A program made the translations under genes and the position numbers. From Callorhinchus milii (lineage: Eukaryota): a DNA stretch of 64,000 nucleotides. Of the stretch, positions 12,896-26,215 are shown piece after piece. The stretch spans positions 2,730,001 to 2,794,000 of the forward strand of contig NW_024704742.1 in the NCBI RefSeq assembly GCF_018977255.1, in the 5' to 3' direction. The notes beneath the pieces are model-generated. The model saw only the letters and a program-made list of their open reading frames with translations, was not told where the DNA came from and made no database searches. How positions within the stretch are numbered: position 1 is the first letter of the stretch; every line of letters begins with the position of its first letter.

Positions 12896-14571
12896 ACTCG
12901 AGTTTTAATATTGTCATGGGGTCATTAATGTCCTGAAGAACAGGCAGGGACGAGGGTTTCATCTTAACGTCTCATCTGAAGGATGGCAAATCTGAGATTG
13001 CAGTCAAATGTAGAATGGTACACAAAGAGGAAAAGATAATGTCTTAACTTTCAACATCCTCCGCACAAAATTAGATCAATCACTCTCATTCCCCATTGGA
13101 GTGCACTGTTGTACCCAGCATAGGGCTTCACTCAACTACAATTCCTAGCTGGGGATGGGCAAAATATTCACTTAGTTGAATAATACTAACTTTCACTATC
13201 GAAGATCCACAGAATGGTGCAGGGTGCTTTAAGTGCACTGATCTGTAGACCTTGTGCAATACTGAACAACATCTATCTTCCTTGTTCTTGTTGAAGACCA
13301 GGATCTGTCTTCAGGAGGTCGGTTAGACCTGACTTTCCTGTTGAAACGCACGGCCAACCCTGCCAACCCCACAGGTGCAACAGACAGAAAACTGAGAGCA
13401 AATCCATGTGATGAGGAATACCTCGCTGGCCTTGCAAAGTATTATTCAGACTACTTGATGAGCATCATTTAGCCTTTTTTTGTCTCAATGGCCTTCATCT
13501 CCCATCAGATGTCAGGCTGCGTACATGACTAGGTTTCAGATTGACATCCTGGCTGTCGAACGTGCCCAACCTTTAGATCACAACCATCCAGCATCTGTTG
13601 TAAACACACTGGAACCTTTAAAGTTTTCCACTAATCGCGCTTGCAATGTGAAGTAGAAAATGTTTGCTTGTTATTGTGCTGAAAAGTCCCGTTATGCCAA
13701 TTTTAAAGGGGATAGGATAAAGGGTAGGGAAATTGGCCTGAACGGATGGCTCTTTTAAAGAGTTGGCATAGAGACAATGGGCCGATGCTTCTGTGGTTTA
13801 AATTAAAATTTGAAAGACGGAATTCGTCCTTTCTTTATTTCCTTTTTGTTCTACAGATGCCCCAGATTTCCTATCAGTCAGAACCAATCAATTATGTTGT
13901 GTTGCGCGTCCTTCTCGTTTATTTGATTTTGTGTTAAAAGGTGGAGGAAAAATCCTAACGAGTTTAAAGTCATCTGATACAATGGGCTCACCCTTTCTAG
14001 GATGGAGCTCTGGTCACTATCTACAGCTCAATGTGCATCTGGGTTCAAAGGGCCAACTTGTGCATACATTGAGAGAGTGTGCTATTAATGCGCTATTAGG
14101 TAAGAATTGAGACATGACCACAAGACTAAGCAGATGGTAAATGAGCTGGTACTGTAGTCCCCAACGATGCATACTAAAGCGGGTTTAACCACTTTAGCCA
14201 TGTTCACTGATTGGAATCGTCCCCGACCGAATGATGACAGCTGCAAAGCACAACTAATGGCGGATCCAGTTGCTGATTAGTGTCTGTGCCTTCCTCTCCT
14301 GAACAAGTGTTACCGGGTGTGCCATTAAATCGGATTAAATGGTCAGCTCCATTTTCGAATGAAAAAATAAAAAGGAGTGAGCTCCAGGGGTATGGGGAAA
14401 GAACGGGTAAATGGGACAGAAAGGATTGCTCTTAAAGGAGGAGCACAATGGGCTGAATGGCCCTCATCTGTGCTATATATGTTTCACTTCACTGTAAAAG
14501 GATAGCAAGTTTTTTTAAAAAAAATGGCATCTGATAGGGTTGTTTAGATTCAATTTAACACTTCCTATTGA

Positions 14572-14890
14572 CAACAACAATTCACATGTATGCATCTACA
14601 ACAACAACTTGCATTCACACAGCACCTTTCATTCGGGGTAACGTCTCAGAGCCCATAACAGTGTACGGAACCTAACGCTGTGCCAAGGAGAGAGGGGAGG
14701 TGACCATAGGCATGGTCAAAGAGGAAGGTGTTTAGATGGACAAGAAGGGGGTGAGGCAGTGGGATTGAGGCAGAGAGATCCAGATCCTCCGCTCACCGTG
14801 GCTGAAAGCATGGCTGCCGATTGTGGAGCGGAGGGGACGAGGGGTGTGAAGGAGGCCGGAGCCAGCTGAGCGAGGCGAGCGGGTACCAAA
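14572..14890 (-). mobile_element. Older L2 LINE 3' fragment
   Basis: (CAA)n-cttgcattc tail and gtggctgaaagcatggctgccgattg (GxxAFSH motif on the minus strand). Confidence 0.6.
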
Positions 14891-15281
14891 GTGGGATCTG
14901 AGCACGTTGAAGTAATGGCTAATTCATCCGGAGGGTCACAAGGAGAGACTCGCGTCTCTTTTCAAATAACGCCGTCATTCTTTTCCACCCCCTGAACAGG
15001 CAGTTGGAGCGTTAGTTTAAGATCTCATCTGAAAGATGCCACTTCTGACAATTCAGTGCTTCTCAAATGTTGCACAGGAGGGTCCAGTCTGGACTGTGAA
15101 CCTAAACCCCAACCCATGGTGCACGAACCCGCAATCTTCTAACACAAAGACATCCCCCACCCCCAGGTCTGTCAGAGTATTGAACAATTTGGCAAGAACA
15201 GGCTGTGGAGCAGTAATTTGGGACATTTAAAAGAAAAAAAATCTCTCTCTTTTTCACTCGCTTTGCCATTGAAAGCATCAG

Positions 15282-15388
15282 TTTAAAATAGTTGGTAAAC
15301 GAGCAAATGGGAAGGTGAGGAGAATTCTTTTTCACGCACAGAGTAGTTAGGATATGGAATGCGCTGCTGGGAGTGGTGGTTGAGACAA
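15282..15388 (+). mobile_element. CR1 LINE ORF2 C-terminal fragment
   Basis: FKIVGKRANGKVRR.F…RVVRIWNALLGVVVE, the CR1 C-terminal motif; ends at a SINE tail. Confidence 0.75.
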
Positions 15389-15570
15389 AATAATAATAAT
15401 AATTCCTGCATTTGATATAGAGTCTCGTCATTAGTCTAGACGTCCAAAGCGCCTCATAGAATATACTGTAAAGTGAATTAACTGTATATTTGTGGGCGAA
15501 ACGCGGCAGCCAATTGCGCACAGCAGCGTCCCACAAGCAGTCGTGGGTTGAGTGACCAAATTATTATTGT
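15389..15570 (-). mobile_element. 5'-truncated young SINE
   Basis: (AAT)n tail and a near-consensus body (ggcagccaattgcgcacagcagcgtcccaca). Confidence 0.85.
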
Positions 15571-15584
15571 TTTTTTTTTTCTTT

Positions 15585-15932
15585 GACATCTCAAAAGCGC
15601 TTCACAGGATGTACTGCGAAGCGGATTTACTGGGCACTTTGTGGGTGAAATGCATTAGCCAGTTCGAGTACAGCAATGTCCCACAAGTAGCCATGGAGCG
15701 GGTGACCAATTTTATTTGGGCGATTTGTTGGCCAGGACACCAGGACAAACTTTAACGTCCACCTAAACAGGTAGATGGGACCTCAGTATAACGTGCATCG
15801 AAAGAATGGCATCTCCGACAAGGCAGCACCACCCGACACCCCCCCACCCCCCCCCCACCCGCACCCTCCCCCCAGCACTGTCTTTGAATGTCAGCTTTAG
15901 ACTATGTGGGGCTTGAACCCGCAACCTTCTGT
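15585..15932 (-). mobile_element. Old Deu-domain SINE fragment
   Basis: aagcgcttcacagg…cccacaag body, ccaggacacc, gggacctcagtataacgtgcatcg and ggggcttgaacccgcaaccttctg head piece. Confidence 0.7.
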
Positions 15933-17264
15933 GCCAGGAATTTCGTTGGTTCTATTAGTCTCAGGTATGTCACTCCACTGTTTTATTTTTCCTGACAATT
16001 AAGCCCGATTCGTGGACAGAACTTCAGAGAATGACAAGCCGCCCCACCCCGCCCCCCACCCCCAGGCTGACCTGGAGTCCAGGCTGATCAAAGCCACTTT
16101 GTAAGCTCCTTGCCCTTGTTTAAGAAAAACGGATAAGTGTTCACCTACAAATACGCAGTCAGTGCACTTTACAGTGAAATCCTGTGAAGCATTTGGAGAC
16201 ATTTGGGTGACGTGATGAGACACTACATCAAATGGAAGGATTATCAATATGTTTTACAATACTAATTTTTAAATCGTCACGGGCAGCTTCTTGGAGGAAC
16301 AAATGCGCAATGTTAAAAAAAAAAAAACTCCAGCTGTGTCATATGCTTGTTGGCTCGATGGGAAACTTGAATTATGTGGGAGAAATTCAGGCTTGAAGTC
16401 GTTAAAGCCCACATGTGGTGCATTGTGAATAGAAGACAGGGAATCTTACCAAACAGTCTGACACAAAGAGGTCATTGTTAGAAATCTGTCTCATTGGCTT
16501 CTTCCGTCGGTAATGGTCAAGTTGTAGTGGGTGTTGTGTAGATATTATACTGTATTGTGTTCATCTTGAGCTTTTCAAAAAGGTCTTGACGACATCTGGC
16601 AGGACAACAAAGGTCGTTAATATTATGCTTGTGCTCCATTTCAGTTATCCGGTGTGGGTTATAGTTTTGTATTGTACTCTATGCAAATCGAGTGCTTTGA
16701 GTCCCTCGGATTTGCAGATTTGCTTAAATCCAACTTTGGGACATTTTCTCAGCTCGTGTCATGAGATTCTTTTCCCTTTATCGCAGAATACATTAGACTC
16801 CAATTAACTGTATCCACGGTTCAATTAAATTTAATGTTTGTTAACAAAGTAGTTTGTAGGTTCTGAAAGGCAATGAAATGCAGGATAACTTTTATTCCTT
16901 TTCAGAAATCTTAGCCCAGGACGACTATTCATTCAAACGTAAAATGTCTAGCCCAAATTATTTTCGATCAAACGGAACAACTGGTTTTACTCGAGGATAA
17001 TTACACGAGAGAAAAATTAAATACTTGCTTGAGATGTGAATGGAAGAAATGTTAATGTGAATTACAGAGGAAGACTTGCACAGAACAGAATTTGTTTCCT
17101 CCAACTCCATTTTGTTTTACACAATCACAGGGGTTTTCAACCCACAGACCTGAGCAATGATGTTGTAAAAAAAAATCTATTTTTATAATTCCTTATCATG
17201 TTGACCCAATGACTTGGGTACCTTCCTTCCCGGTGTGGGGAGCTCCTGCCATTTACTCAATGAT

Positions 17265-17590
17265 ACAACAACAACAACAACACAAGATTCCATTTATAGA
17301 GCGCCTTTCACGTCGGGAGGACGTCCCAAGGCGCTGTGCAGTTGGGTCAGGACCCAAGCATTGGGGGGAAATGGTCAGGGTGAGGGGAGGGAAGGGAGGC
17401 AGCGAGGAGGGGGTAGAGAGTCGAAAGGGGAGCTGAAGGCACAGTCAAAGAGAAAGGTCTTGAGACCGGCCTTGAAGGAGGAAAGGGAGGAGGCAGAACC
17501 TCGGGGCTGAGAGGCTGAAGGCCTACCGATGGTAGGGCGGTTGGGGCGGGGGATGTGGAGCAGACCAGAGCCAGAGGACTAGGGGAGCAC
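17265..17590 (-). mobile_element. Young L2 LINE 3' fragment
   Basis: (ACA)n tail and perfect 3' stem-loop. Highly similar to the 26216 copy. Confidence 0.85.
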
Positions 17591-18959
17591 AACATCATGT
17601 GTATTGTGACCAAAGTAAATCAGAAATACAGTTTGTGCTGCAAGACATCACGACACATTGTCTTCTAATGGATTTGACAAATCTCCCTTGCCTGACTTCT
17701 CTTAGAGTTCTCATTCTTTGTGTGGGAGGAAAGGAGGATATTTGCTTCCAGGCGAGTGCTGCTCTGTAGCTGATCGCTTGCAGGAGCTGGGATTGTACAG
17801 GGTGGAGTTCATCCTGGAGGGGAAATTGTAAATGCGCACGTGTGTGCTAGGATTTTACGACCCGGCATCTTGAAGCTTCCGATGGGCTAGACTGCGCCAT
17901 TGCACTTCCCCACGGAGTACATATCTTATGTACACATTTACATTACGGAGGGTTCCATGTCACCATTTCTAATGGAATTATTTATTAATTGGATTCCTTG
18001 ATGAGGAATCCCAACTGGAACCTCCCTGTGCATCATGCTGAGCTACAGGATAGATAAAGATAGGAAGAAATGCAAGAAAATCCCACAGTGCCCCGAGGTA
18101 GGGAAGCAAGTATAGACTCTAGGTAGCATCCTGATTTTAAGGATTATTGAAAAAGGAGTTGTATTTCATTTGTAGAGTAATCTAGGCAACTCCCCTGTGT
18201 CATATATCCCATTGCTCATCTTTAGTTTTTGTTACGTATCGAATTGTATTGTCAGTGAAATTATATTTCCCCCATCCCGTACCCCTGGAGAGCTTTAAAA
18301 GTTCGTGCAAGGAAGTCATTTCTGTGTTTTCCTCATCCAGTTATTTTAATATTTTACTAGAAACTCACTAAACTGATGAACGCTTTTGTTGTTTCGTCCC
18401 AATTGGCACTTGAGAACACAAGTCAAAGGTAGAATAATTATAATTTATAGGGAAGTGCTATGTTTCCAGTTGAGATATGATCAGTGATTGATATATGTAA
18501 ACGGATATGCTTATTCCGCAGAGAGAGCTTTGATGTAGAATTGGTTTTGTTTTCTTCAATCTGGACATGGTTTAGTTTAATGTAATGTGAAAGTATCCTG
18601 CACAGATTCTCATGTGTGCCTCTTATCACTAGTAACTCAAGAACGAAAGCCACATTCTACTATTATCAATTCAGTAAAATAATATGGTGGGGGATACTTT
18701 TTCCCTTCTCCAGGAAAATAGCCCAATTTACCAGTGCACTTAATGGGATTTTCTTCTTATTAACTGCACACTACAGGTCAGGAATCTTTCCTCTACGCTC
18801 TCTGTTTATGCAGTTGTTGGATAAAATATTTGTGCTATATTCTTGAAGAGCAATGTTACGAGACCTTTGTCAAATTATTTTGCCAGTTTTCTACTTGATT
18901 CTTTCATCACCATTACGCTATAGACTTTCTAGGTTCACCCCCCCACCCACCCACCCCAC

Positions 18960-19352
18960 CCCACCCATCACACCAGTCCTCGCTGAGCTTCTCTGGCTCC
19001 CAATCGATTTCAGGATCCTCTCGCTTGTTTTCAAATCCCTGGCACCTCCCCTACCTCTCGATCTGCTTACCCCCTACACCACCATCCTCTACCTCTGCTT
19101 GGCTGGTTCCTGCCTCATTGTTTGTCACTTGTCCCCTCCATCATTGGTAGCCGTGCCTTCAGCCACGACGCTCCAAAACTCTGGAACTCTCTCCCTCGAT
19201 CCCTCCGTCTCGCCCTATCCCTCCCCATCTTCAAATCCCGCATAAAGCCCTTGCTTTTTGATTGAGCTTCCAGTCACGTTCCCTCTCCCTCCTGGCTTGG
19301 GTAAGCCTCCGACACTGGATGCCGCTACATAAATGTAAATTGTTGTTGTTGT
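18960..19352 (+). mobile_element. L2 LINE 3' fragment (ORF2 C-terminus)
   Basis: Translation PITPVLAELLWLPIDFRILSLVFKSL…DLLTPY; (TTG)n tail. Confidence 0.85.
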
Positions 19353-20221
19353 TGGCTTTACTGTGTGCATCAGGGGTAAGTGTTCAAATCTAACAGTCAT
19401 GCGTTTAAAGAATGTTTTACTTTCTCTGCACCAGGTTTAGAAATTGAGTCGTAATTTGGACATGCGATATCCTGGATAATAATAGTTACCTTGATGTAGC
19501 AGCTTATCAGGTCGCGATGCTTACTAAAATTTACTGTAAAGTGCAGTGACTGTGTAAATGTAGGTGGTCAACGACAACAAAATTACATTTGTTTAGCGCC
19601 TTTCACGTCGGGAGGACGTCCCAAAGTGCTGGACGCACTGTAGATAGATGTTGTATGCGGTTTTGTTTCTGTTCCCTTTTCTGTCCACTGATTCAGCGTA
19701 TTAGTTTGCAGTGATCGTGTTAAATCCACTGTTTTATCATCTGGCTACTGTTCTCAGGGAAGTACTGCAGTGGTTGAAGCAAACCCAACTGTTTCCATTT
19801 CTGTTGTGTCTCCAAGTAGAAATTCATGACTGGATCACTGCCTGCGCTCATAAGCTCATGTGGCTGAGATAAAAAGAAAAACATTGGATCTACTGACAGC
19901 TCCGGAATGTTTATTAACTTGCATTTCTTATTCCCCCAAAATGTGCACTTTTCATGAAGTTTGAATGAAGTCGAGATTGAAAGCTGTTTTGCACTTAATA
20001 ACCTTCCTCGAGTTGTTTTTGTGCTGTGTTTCCCTTCTTCCTTCCCACCTTCCTCAACCCACACAAAATGCGCAGAATTCCATACTGAAATTATAACTGG
20101 AACACAAGTGTTGCCCACGAATAGTCTGTGCTGCTTTTTTTTATTTCAGTAAGCCTTGCCCCTGGTCCCCTAAGGCACATTCATGGTCAGAATGGGCCGG
20201 GTTTTAGCTGCTAAGTTACAT

Positions 20222-20508
20222 CATAATAATAATCCTTGCGTTCGATACAGAGCCTTATCACGTCTTCGAGATGACTCAAAGCGCTTCACAGAAATGCACT
20301 GTAAAGTGAATCGACTGTGTATTTTGGGGGCGAATCATCGCTTATGCAACTGTAATGCAGTTGGTGAGGACACACAGTGCTATAAGGGGAGTACATCTCA
20401 ACACTGCGCTGAGTGTTAGTCTAGACTATGGGAGTTAAGTCCCAAGATGGGGCTTAAACCTACAACCTTCTGACTCGGAGACAAGAGTGCAATCATCTGA
20501 GCCAGGCT
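20222..20508 (-). mobile_element. Old SINE, internally deleted (tail plus head)
   Basis: aataatccttgc tail at the left; ggggcttaaacctacaaccttctgactcggagacaagagtgc…tgagccaggctg head at the right. Confidence 0.7.
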
Positions 20509-21489
20509 GTTTAGAAGCTACTATGGTCCATATGTAGAGAAATAGAGGCCTTGGGTCCAGTGTATTATCTGTGGAACACTACTGCACTTGACAATGTGGA
20601 GCAATGCTGGCCTTATGTTTGGTGCAGTTGCTGTGCGACTGCACTTCGCTTAACATTAGGTCTCTGCCTTATCTCAGCAGGTGAAGAGAGGAAGTGGGAG
20701 GGAGGAGAAGCTATAGATAGGAAGGATCGGGATAAAAAAATTCAGTCAGCATGAGGAAGAGAATCATGTTTGTGGTGTGTCTGTGCAAAATGTGGCTAGG
20801 AGATGAGGATAGACGGGATGAAGAAATAAAGACAGACTGTGATGAAATGAACAAGGCAGTCGGAAGCAAATTAAACCAGAAGGTAAAGCGAGATACCAGC
20901 ATGGGAGAGCTCAAAGCCAGCATAAACAAGAGGAACAGGCAGGGGAGACAGAATAGAAGTGTCAGGAGCGAGAATAAAAGCCGGCATCAAAAGAAAGGGA
21001 CATGAGAAGCAAGATGGTTGGGAAAGCAATAAAACTGCCTCTGCCGGGTGAGTGAGAGGCTCACCCAGGAGTAATGCAAATTACCCTAAGTGAGAAAGTA
21101 AATTAGTGCTTCCAGCTGGGGGAACTGTTACTCCCTAGCTATAATATTGATGCGTAATAATAACTATTGCACTTCATCATTCTGGTTTAAAGATTTGGAT
21201 AATCGAGCCATTTTATTTAGGGAAGCCGGCGCTTTGTTAAACGTGTCAAACTGAACGAAGACCCACACTTTAGTAGGTTGAGGTTTCCTTTCATAGTTGT
21301 ACGCGGGAAAAAAAATGTAGGTTGAAAACTTCTGCTTGCCGCCAACTGTGCTGGCTTCAAAGGTATGTGCTTCTATCGTGCGTAGTCACATCACAACCAC
21401 ACATGGTCAAAGCTGATGTATGTGGTGATAAGAGGAATTTCTCATTCCTAATACCTCAGGAGTCACACCACACAAGAACTAAACCGGAC

Positions 21490-21604
21490 TGATAGGCTTA
21501 GTTGAGGAAGGGCAGGAGGAAGCTCTTGTGAAGCATGAACGCCGGCATAGACCAGTTTAGCCGAATGGCTCGTTTCTGTGCTGCATATTCGATGTAACTC
21601 TATG
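21490..21604 (+). mobile_element. CR1 3' UTR fragment
   Basis: gccgaatggctcgtttctgtgctgcatattcgatgtaactctatg, a CR1-type 3' hairpin and tail; related to the 28345 copy. Confidence 0.7.
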
Positions 21605-21740
21605 TAATAATAATAATAATCCTTGCACTTGATGCAGCGCCTTATCACGTCTTCGAGACATCGCAAAGCGCTTCACGGAATACACCGTAAAGTGAATTGA
21701 CTGTAATGTGCGGGCGAAACTGCAAGCTACACAGTCCCGC
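21605..21740 (-). mobile_element. SINE 3' end joined tail-to-tail with a CR1 3' end
   Basis: (TAA)n-ccttgcacttgatgcagcgccttatcacgtcttcgagacatcgcaaagcgc. Confidence 0.8.
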
Positions 21741-23768
21741 AATAGCCCTAATCACCAATCAATAGCAAATCCAAACCTTCAGATTTACCACCGAGAGGAA
21801 ATAAATGATGTGGGTTCTATTTAAGCTTAAATTAAGCTTCAAATCTAGTAAAGCTACAGCAGCATGATTCACATCCGATCGATACTGACGTACGAGTTCA
21901 CCTTTGCTTGTAATGATTTTAGTTGGCTATTGCATCAGCGACATGCTTTTATCGCCCTCCAGCAGCCCTAGTGTGACTTCCTGCCAAACATTTTGATTTC
22001 GAGACATTCATTCTGTCTGTGAATGCTGACATTCCTCGACTTCTGATTCAGCTGCTTAATCTGTTTAGGCTAAGTACGTAGACGTTAACCTTCAATCAAA
22101 GGCATAATTGTCAGTTTCACGGCATCCGGGATGTCCGCGAAGCCATTGAAGGGTGAATGAAAAGGGAAGTCTGTCAGGAACAACATCATGGGCATCTCTC
22201 GGACTGAAGGGACAGCCAACTAAATACTAGCTTGAAATATTTTAACAGGAAAAAAAAGTGTTTCGTTACAATTATACTCGCATGTGTTTTTTACAACAAT
22301 AAAATAATCTTTGCATTTAGTATAGTACCTGCCATTAGGCCGTCTCAAAGCGCTTCACAGGATTTACTGTAATGTGCGGTGACTGTGTATTTTTTTTGGT
22401 GGGGGGTGCGAAGCTCGCCAATTTGCACACAATGATGTCCACAAACAGCCATGAAATGAATGACCAATTTTACCAACGGATGGTTAAGGAAAATTCTTAT
22501 CAAGTGTGAGTTCCACCCCCAGAAAGCCTCTGGAAGTGCAGAGATTGGTAGAAACTTTTAAGCAATCTTTGCGTGAAGTAAAGCCATTTGGATGGTAAGT
22601 AATTATTATTTAGATTGCCAGATTGAGACCTGCTGCTCCTGTATACCAGCACGTGAAGAGGCATTCCCTGTGAGTGACTACTGGAATAGAACACTGAGCA
22701 CTGTAATTACATTGTGTGTGCCCCAGAAATCATTTCGATCATGCGGTGAATTAAACTAGTTTTACGCCTCATTAACACTTTTGGAGTGAATGGAAATTGT
22801 CATGTGCCCTCGGCAATCGCTCCCTCATCTTATGCTTTTATTTTTATGAATATAAATATATATATATATATATGGCTCCCTGACAAGCTTGCTTCCTCCC
22901 TCTCTCCACGGTATATATAAAAGTTTTACGAAAGGGAAGTCATCATCAGGTGTGTCGATTAATTTTCCACAGGGCACTGAAGGCACTTTCACATCAAATT
23001 GACTCGGTTCCCTTGAATGTTAGAGTTTTTTTTGAAGCTGAGGATGGATTTATCCAGTTGAAATACTTATTTTTATAAATACTTATTTCCACTCCCGCTA
23101 ACCAGTGGGAAGCATCTGACCCGGTCAGCTTGACTGCTATGTTTTACCTTGCATTGATGCTGGAGATGGAAGTTCTACAAGCAGTGTTGGGGATAAGTCG
23201 TGGACCGCGACCACCTTCAGGGTTTTTGAAGCCCACCTCGAAGATCGCCAGAGTCACGGAAGAACATAAAAATTGCGAGACGAAAGAAGACCAAGGTCCG
23301 TCCAGTTTGCCTTCCACCATCCTGGCAGTTGCATGCACGTGTATATTAGCACATTGAAGAGGGACGGCCTCCTGATGTGAAATCCGCTGTAAAAAATATA
23401 AGTTGTTGTTCTTACCGTTTAATGGAAAGCGTGCAGATAAACAGCTGTGGAGATAGTCAGCATGAGGATACACAGATACACAGTGTTTCAGTTATACCAC
23501 TGGTCCTGCCATGAGTAATCTGAGCCGTCCACTCACTCCGAGCAGCCAGAGATGTTTCCCCCCCCCCCCCCCCCCCGTTGCTAGCTTGTAAGGAACCTTC
23601 TCCAGAATATTGGCATCCAAAAGTGACAATTACCATTAGTGACTCGACTGGATGTGTACTGTTTTCCGTTAGCATTGCCCTGGACACAGGCAGTTCTTTC
23701 TCTTTTGTCTCCAATCCAGGATAACTGGGGCGATCTCCACAGCGCAGGGGATACTAGAGTCCGATCTG

Positions 23769-24365
23769 GTTACAATTTGCACTTATATAGCGTCCTCCAC
23801 ACAATCGTAACGTCTCAAAGCGCTTAACAGTGGTGGAGCCTGACTCCACTCCAAATCGGAAAGTGGGGGGGAGGTGACTGCAAGCACGGTTGAAAGGAAG
23901 GTTTTCAGTCAGGACTTGAGAAAGGGGAGAGAGGGGGCAAGGTGGAGGGATTGAGGGAGAATGTTCCAGAGTTTTCGGGGCGTAGTGGCTGAAAGCGTGA
24001 TCTCCGATGGTGGGGTGGAGGGTGCGAGGGACAAGCAGGAGGCTGGTGCCAGTTGAGTAGAGGCGCCAGGTGGTGGATTGGGGAGTGAGGAGGTCGGAGA
24101 GGTCGGGAGGTGCCGGGGATTGAAGGGATTTGAACACGAGAGTGAGGATCTTGAAGTCGATCGGTTCGGTGATGGGGAGCCAGTGGAGCCTGGGTCAGAA
24201 CTGGTGAGATGTGGGCACAGCGTTTGGTCTGGGTCAGTTTGCAGTGGAGCTGGTGGGGGGGGATTTCAGTAATCCAGGTTGGAGGTGACAAACACATGCA
24301 TGAGGGCTTTGGCTGAATTTGGGGGTAAGATTCGGTCTGAGGCGGGCAATGTGGCGTTCAATGTG
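23769..24365 (-). mobile_element. L2 LINE 3' fragment (ORF2 C-terminus)
   Basis: Minus-strand HIARLRPNLT…SAKALMHVFVTSNLDY…FKSLQSPAPPDLSDLLTP…IGDHAFSHYAP with frameshifts; tail at the left. Confidence 0.88.
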
Positions 24366-25259
24366 GTTAAAGCGTTTTTGTAACGAAATCGCACAATTGA
24401 CAAACTCATTTCCATTTTTTGATTGGGAGAATAATAGAAATATCTTTTTAAACCATTTTCCACGGGCACAAACAGCTGTAAGCACAAACTGTAGCGCCTC
24501 ATTGCTTCAGTCCCTTCCTATTACACATGATTTACTGATCGAGAACACAATTTACTGTTAGGTGAGACTGACAATAAAACACCTCAGCGGCGTTGCCAAG
24601 GTTGACAGGATAGAGGTCAGGAGGGAAAGGAGAGGGCAGATGTAGAACTGGTTAATTGCCTGAATCATGGTTATTAATCTTAAATTATGATCACAAGGAT
24701 TGTAAGTGATTGGAACAAAGGTGGTTCATCTACAAAGGGGAAACAGTACTGATCAGTTGGTGCTATGTAAGATATTTTTCCTTTCTTGCACTCATCCTTA
24801 AATAACTGATGATACATTAAAATGAATTTGAGTAATTTCACGTATAACAACAAATTACATTTGTATAGTGCCTTTCACGTCGGGAGGACGTCCAAAGGCG
24901 AATTACTCCTCCCTCCCTCCTTTAGTCCTTTTTTACTCCCCGGCTCCTTCACCCGCCCATCAGATCATTAGCAATGGTGCCAGTAGGTTGTAATTCCATT
25001 TTCCATTGCTCAGCACAATGTAAGAGAAGGCTTACAGCCGGGAGGAACTATGCTAAGAACCAAGAAATCAGGACAAAACCTGTTAAGCTGGCAGACACGG
25101 TCGTTTTTTTTTATTTGAAAAAGGAACTTTGAAAATGAATAAGAAATTCTGCAATCAGTCCCCCTGTAAAAGTGTAAAAATTCAGACCAATCCTGAAGCC
25201 AAAGAGACAAGGTCCTAAAATGTTGAACGCACCTATAGGTGGAGGATGCAACATCAACA

Positions 25260-25432
25260 GGTATAAGAACAAGAATCCAAATTCTTCAGGTCTATGGGCA
25301 GAGAGAGAGAGCCTTTGACTGTTTGAGGGTCCAAAGAAGCCCTGTGATGGGGTGTAACACCGGCTAGCACCCACCAATCCTAGTCTGAAAACAACGGATG
25401 AGCAATGCAAACAAAAAGTGACTTGGCGATGA
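25260..25432 (+). mobile_element. Degenerate Myb/SANT-like (trihelix) domain, probable PIF/Harbinger transposon remnant
   Basis: EQESKFF/GLWAERESL*LFEGPKKPCDGV*HRLA…KTTDEQCKQKVTW. Confidence 0.5.
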
Positions 25433-26215
25433 ATCAATAACTCAATGCCCCGTCTGGGGAGTTGTTGTAACAGATTCGCTCGCTTTGTGCGCCCCAGTCC
25501 ATCACACCTATTCATCCTTTTTCATTCAGTTAAACCGTTGTCCTCAGCGAGGTTCATTGAGTCAGGGAGACCAACGGATCAGGGCTGCTTCGAAGAGACT
25601 TCGAAAGTACTGTACAGTGAAAACCGACTGATAAGTTCCAGCAAATAGACTGAGTAACCTCAATGTCAGGTTGACTTCACTCGCGAGTTAGGACGTAAAG
25701 AAAGAATCCCAAATCAACACAAACTGGTGCTCATCCAGCTTTTTTATATCACCATCAAGTCCATTTATTTTTATGACCATTATATCATGTGCATTATCGC
25801 ATAAAGAAACCATTCCACACAACAGCGGTTTAACTTGTTGACCTTGAACGATAAATTGTCAATTTCAACCCAAGGACAGAAATCAGCAGTTTCCCAAAAA
25901 AAAACTAATACTATCATACTATGTTGAAATGAAAAAAAAGACCCCTGCAGGGCATTAGTGAGTGAGCCACAACAGTTTTCACTAAACACTGATTAGGGAC
26001 TGACTTCAGAATCATTTGCTTCTCTGCGGGTGTGAAAAGCTGCACTGATTTCACCAGCATTAAACGCTCCCTCTGATGAGTGTTAGGTGAGAACATTAGA
26101 ATTTATTGCGTGTCCGCTGCAGCAACTCATTCGTAGGCGTGGCGGACACAGCCGACGATCTGAGATTTTCCCCCAGTTTACTAGATATAGGGACAAGTCC
26201 GCAAATCAGGCGGAA

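Noticed and set aside
17947..18026. Nested hairpin (GGATTCCT-tgatg-AGGAATCC) as an ncRNA or terminator
   Set aside because: An 8-bp stem is not unexpected by chance in 64 kb, the outer pairing is asymmetric, and there is no supporting context.
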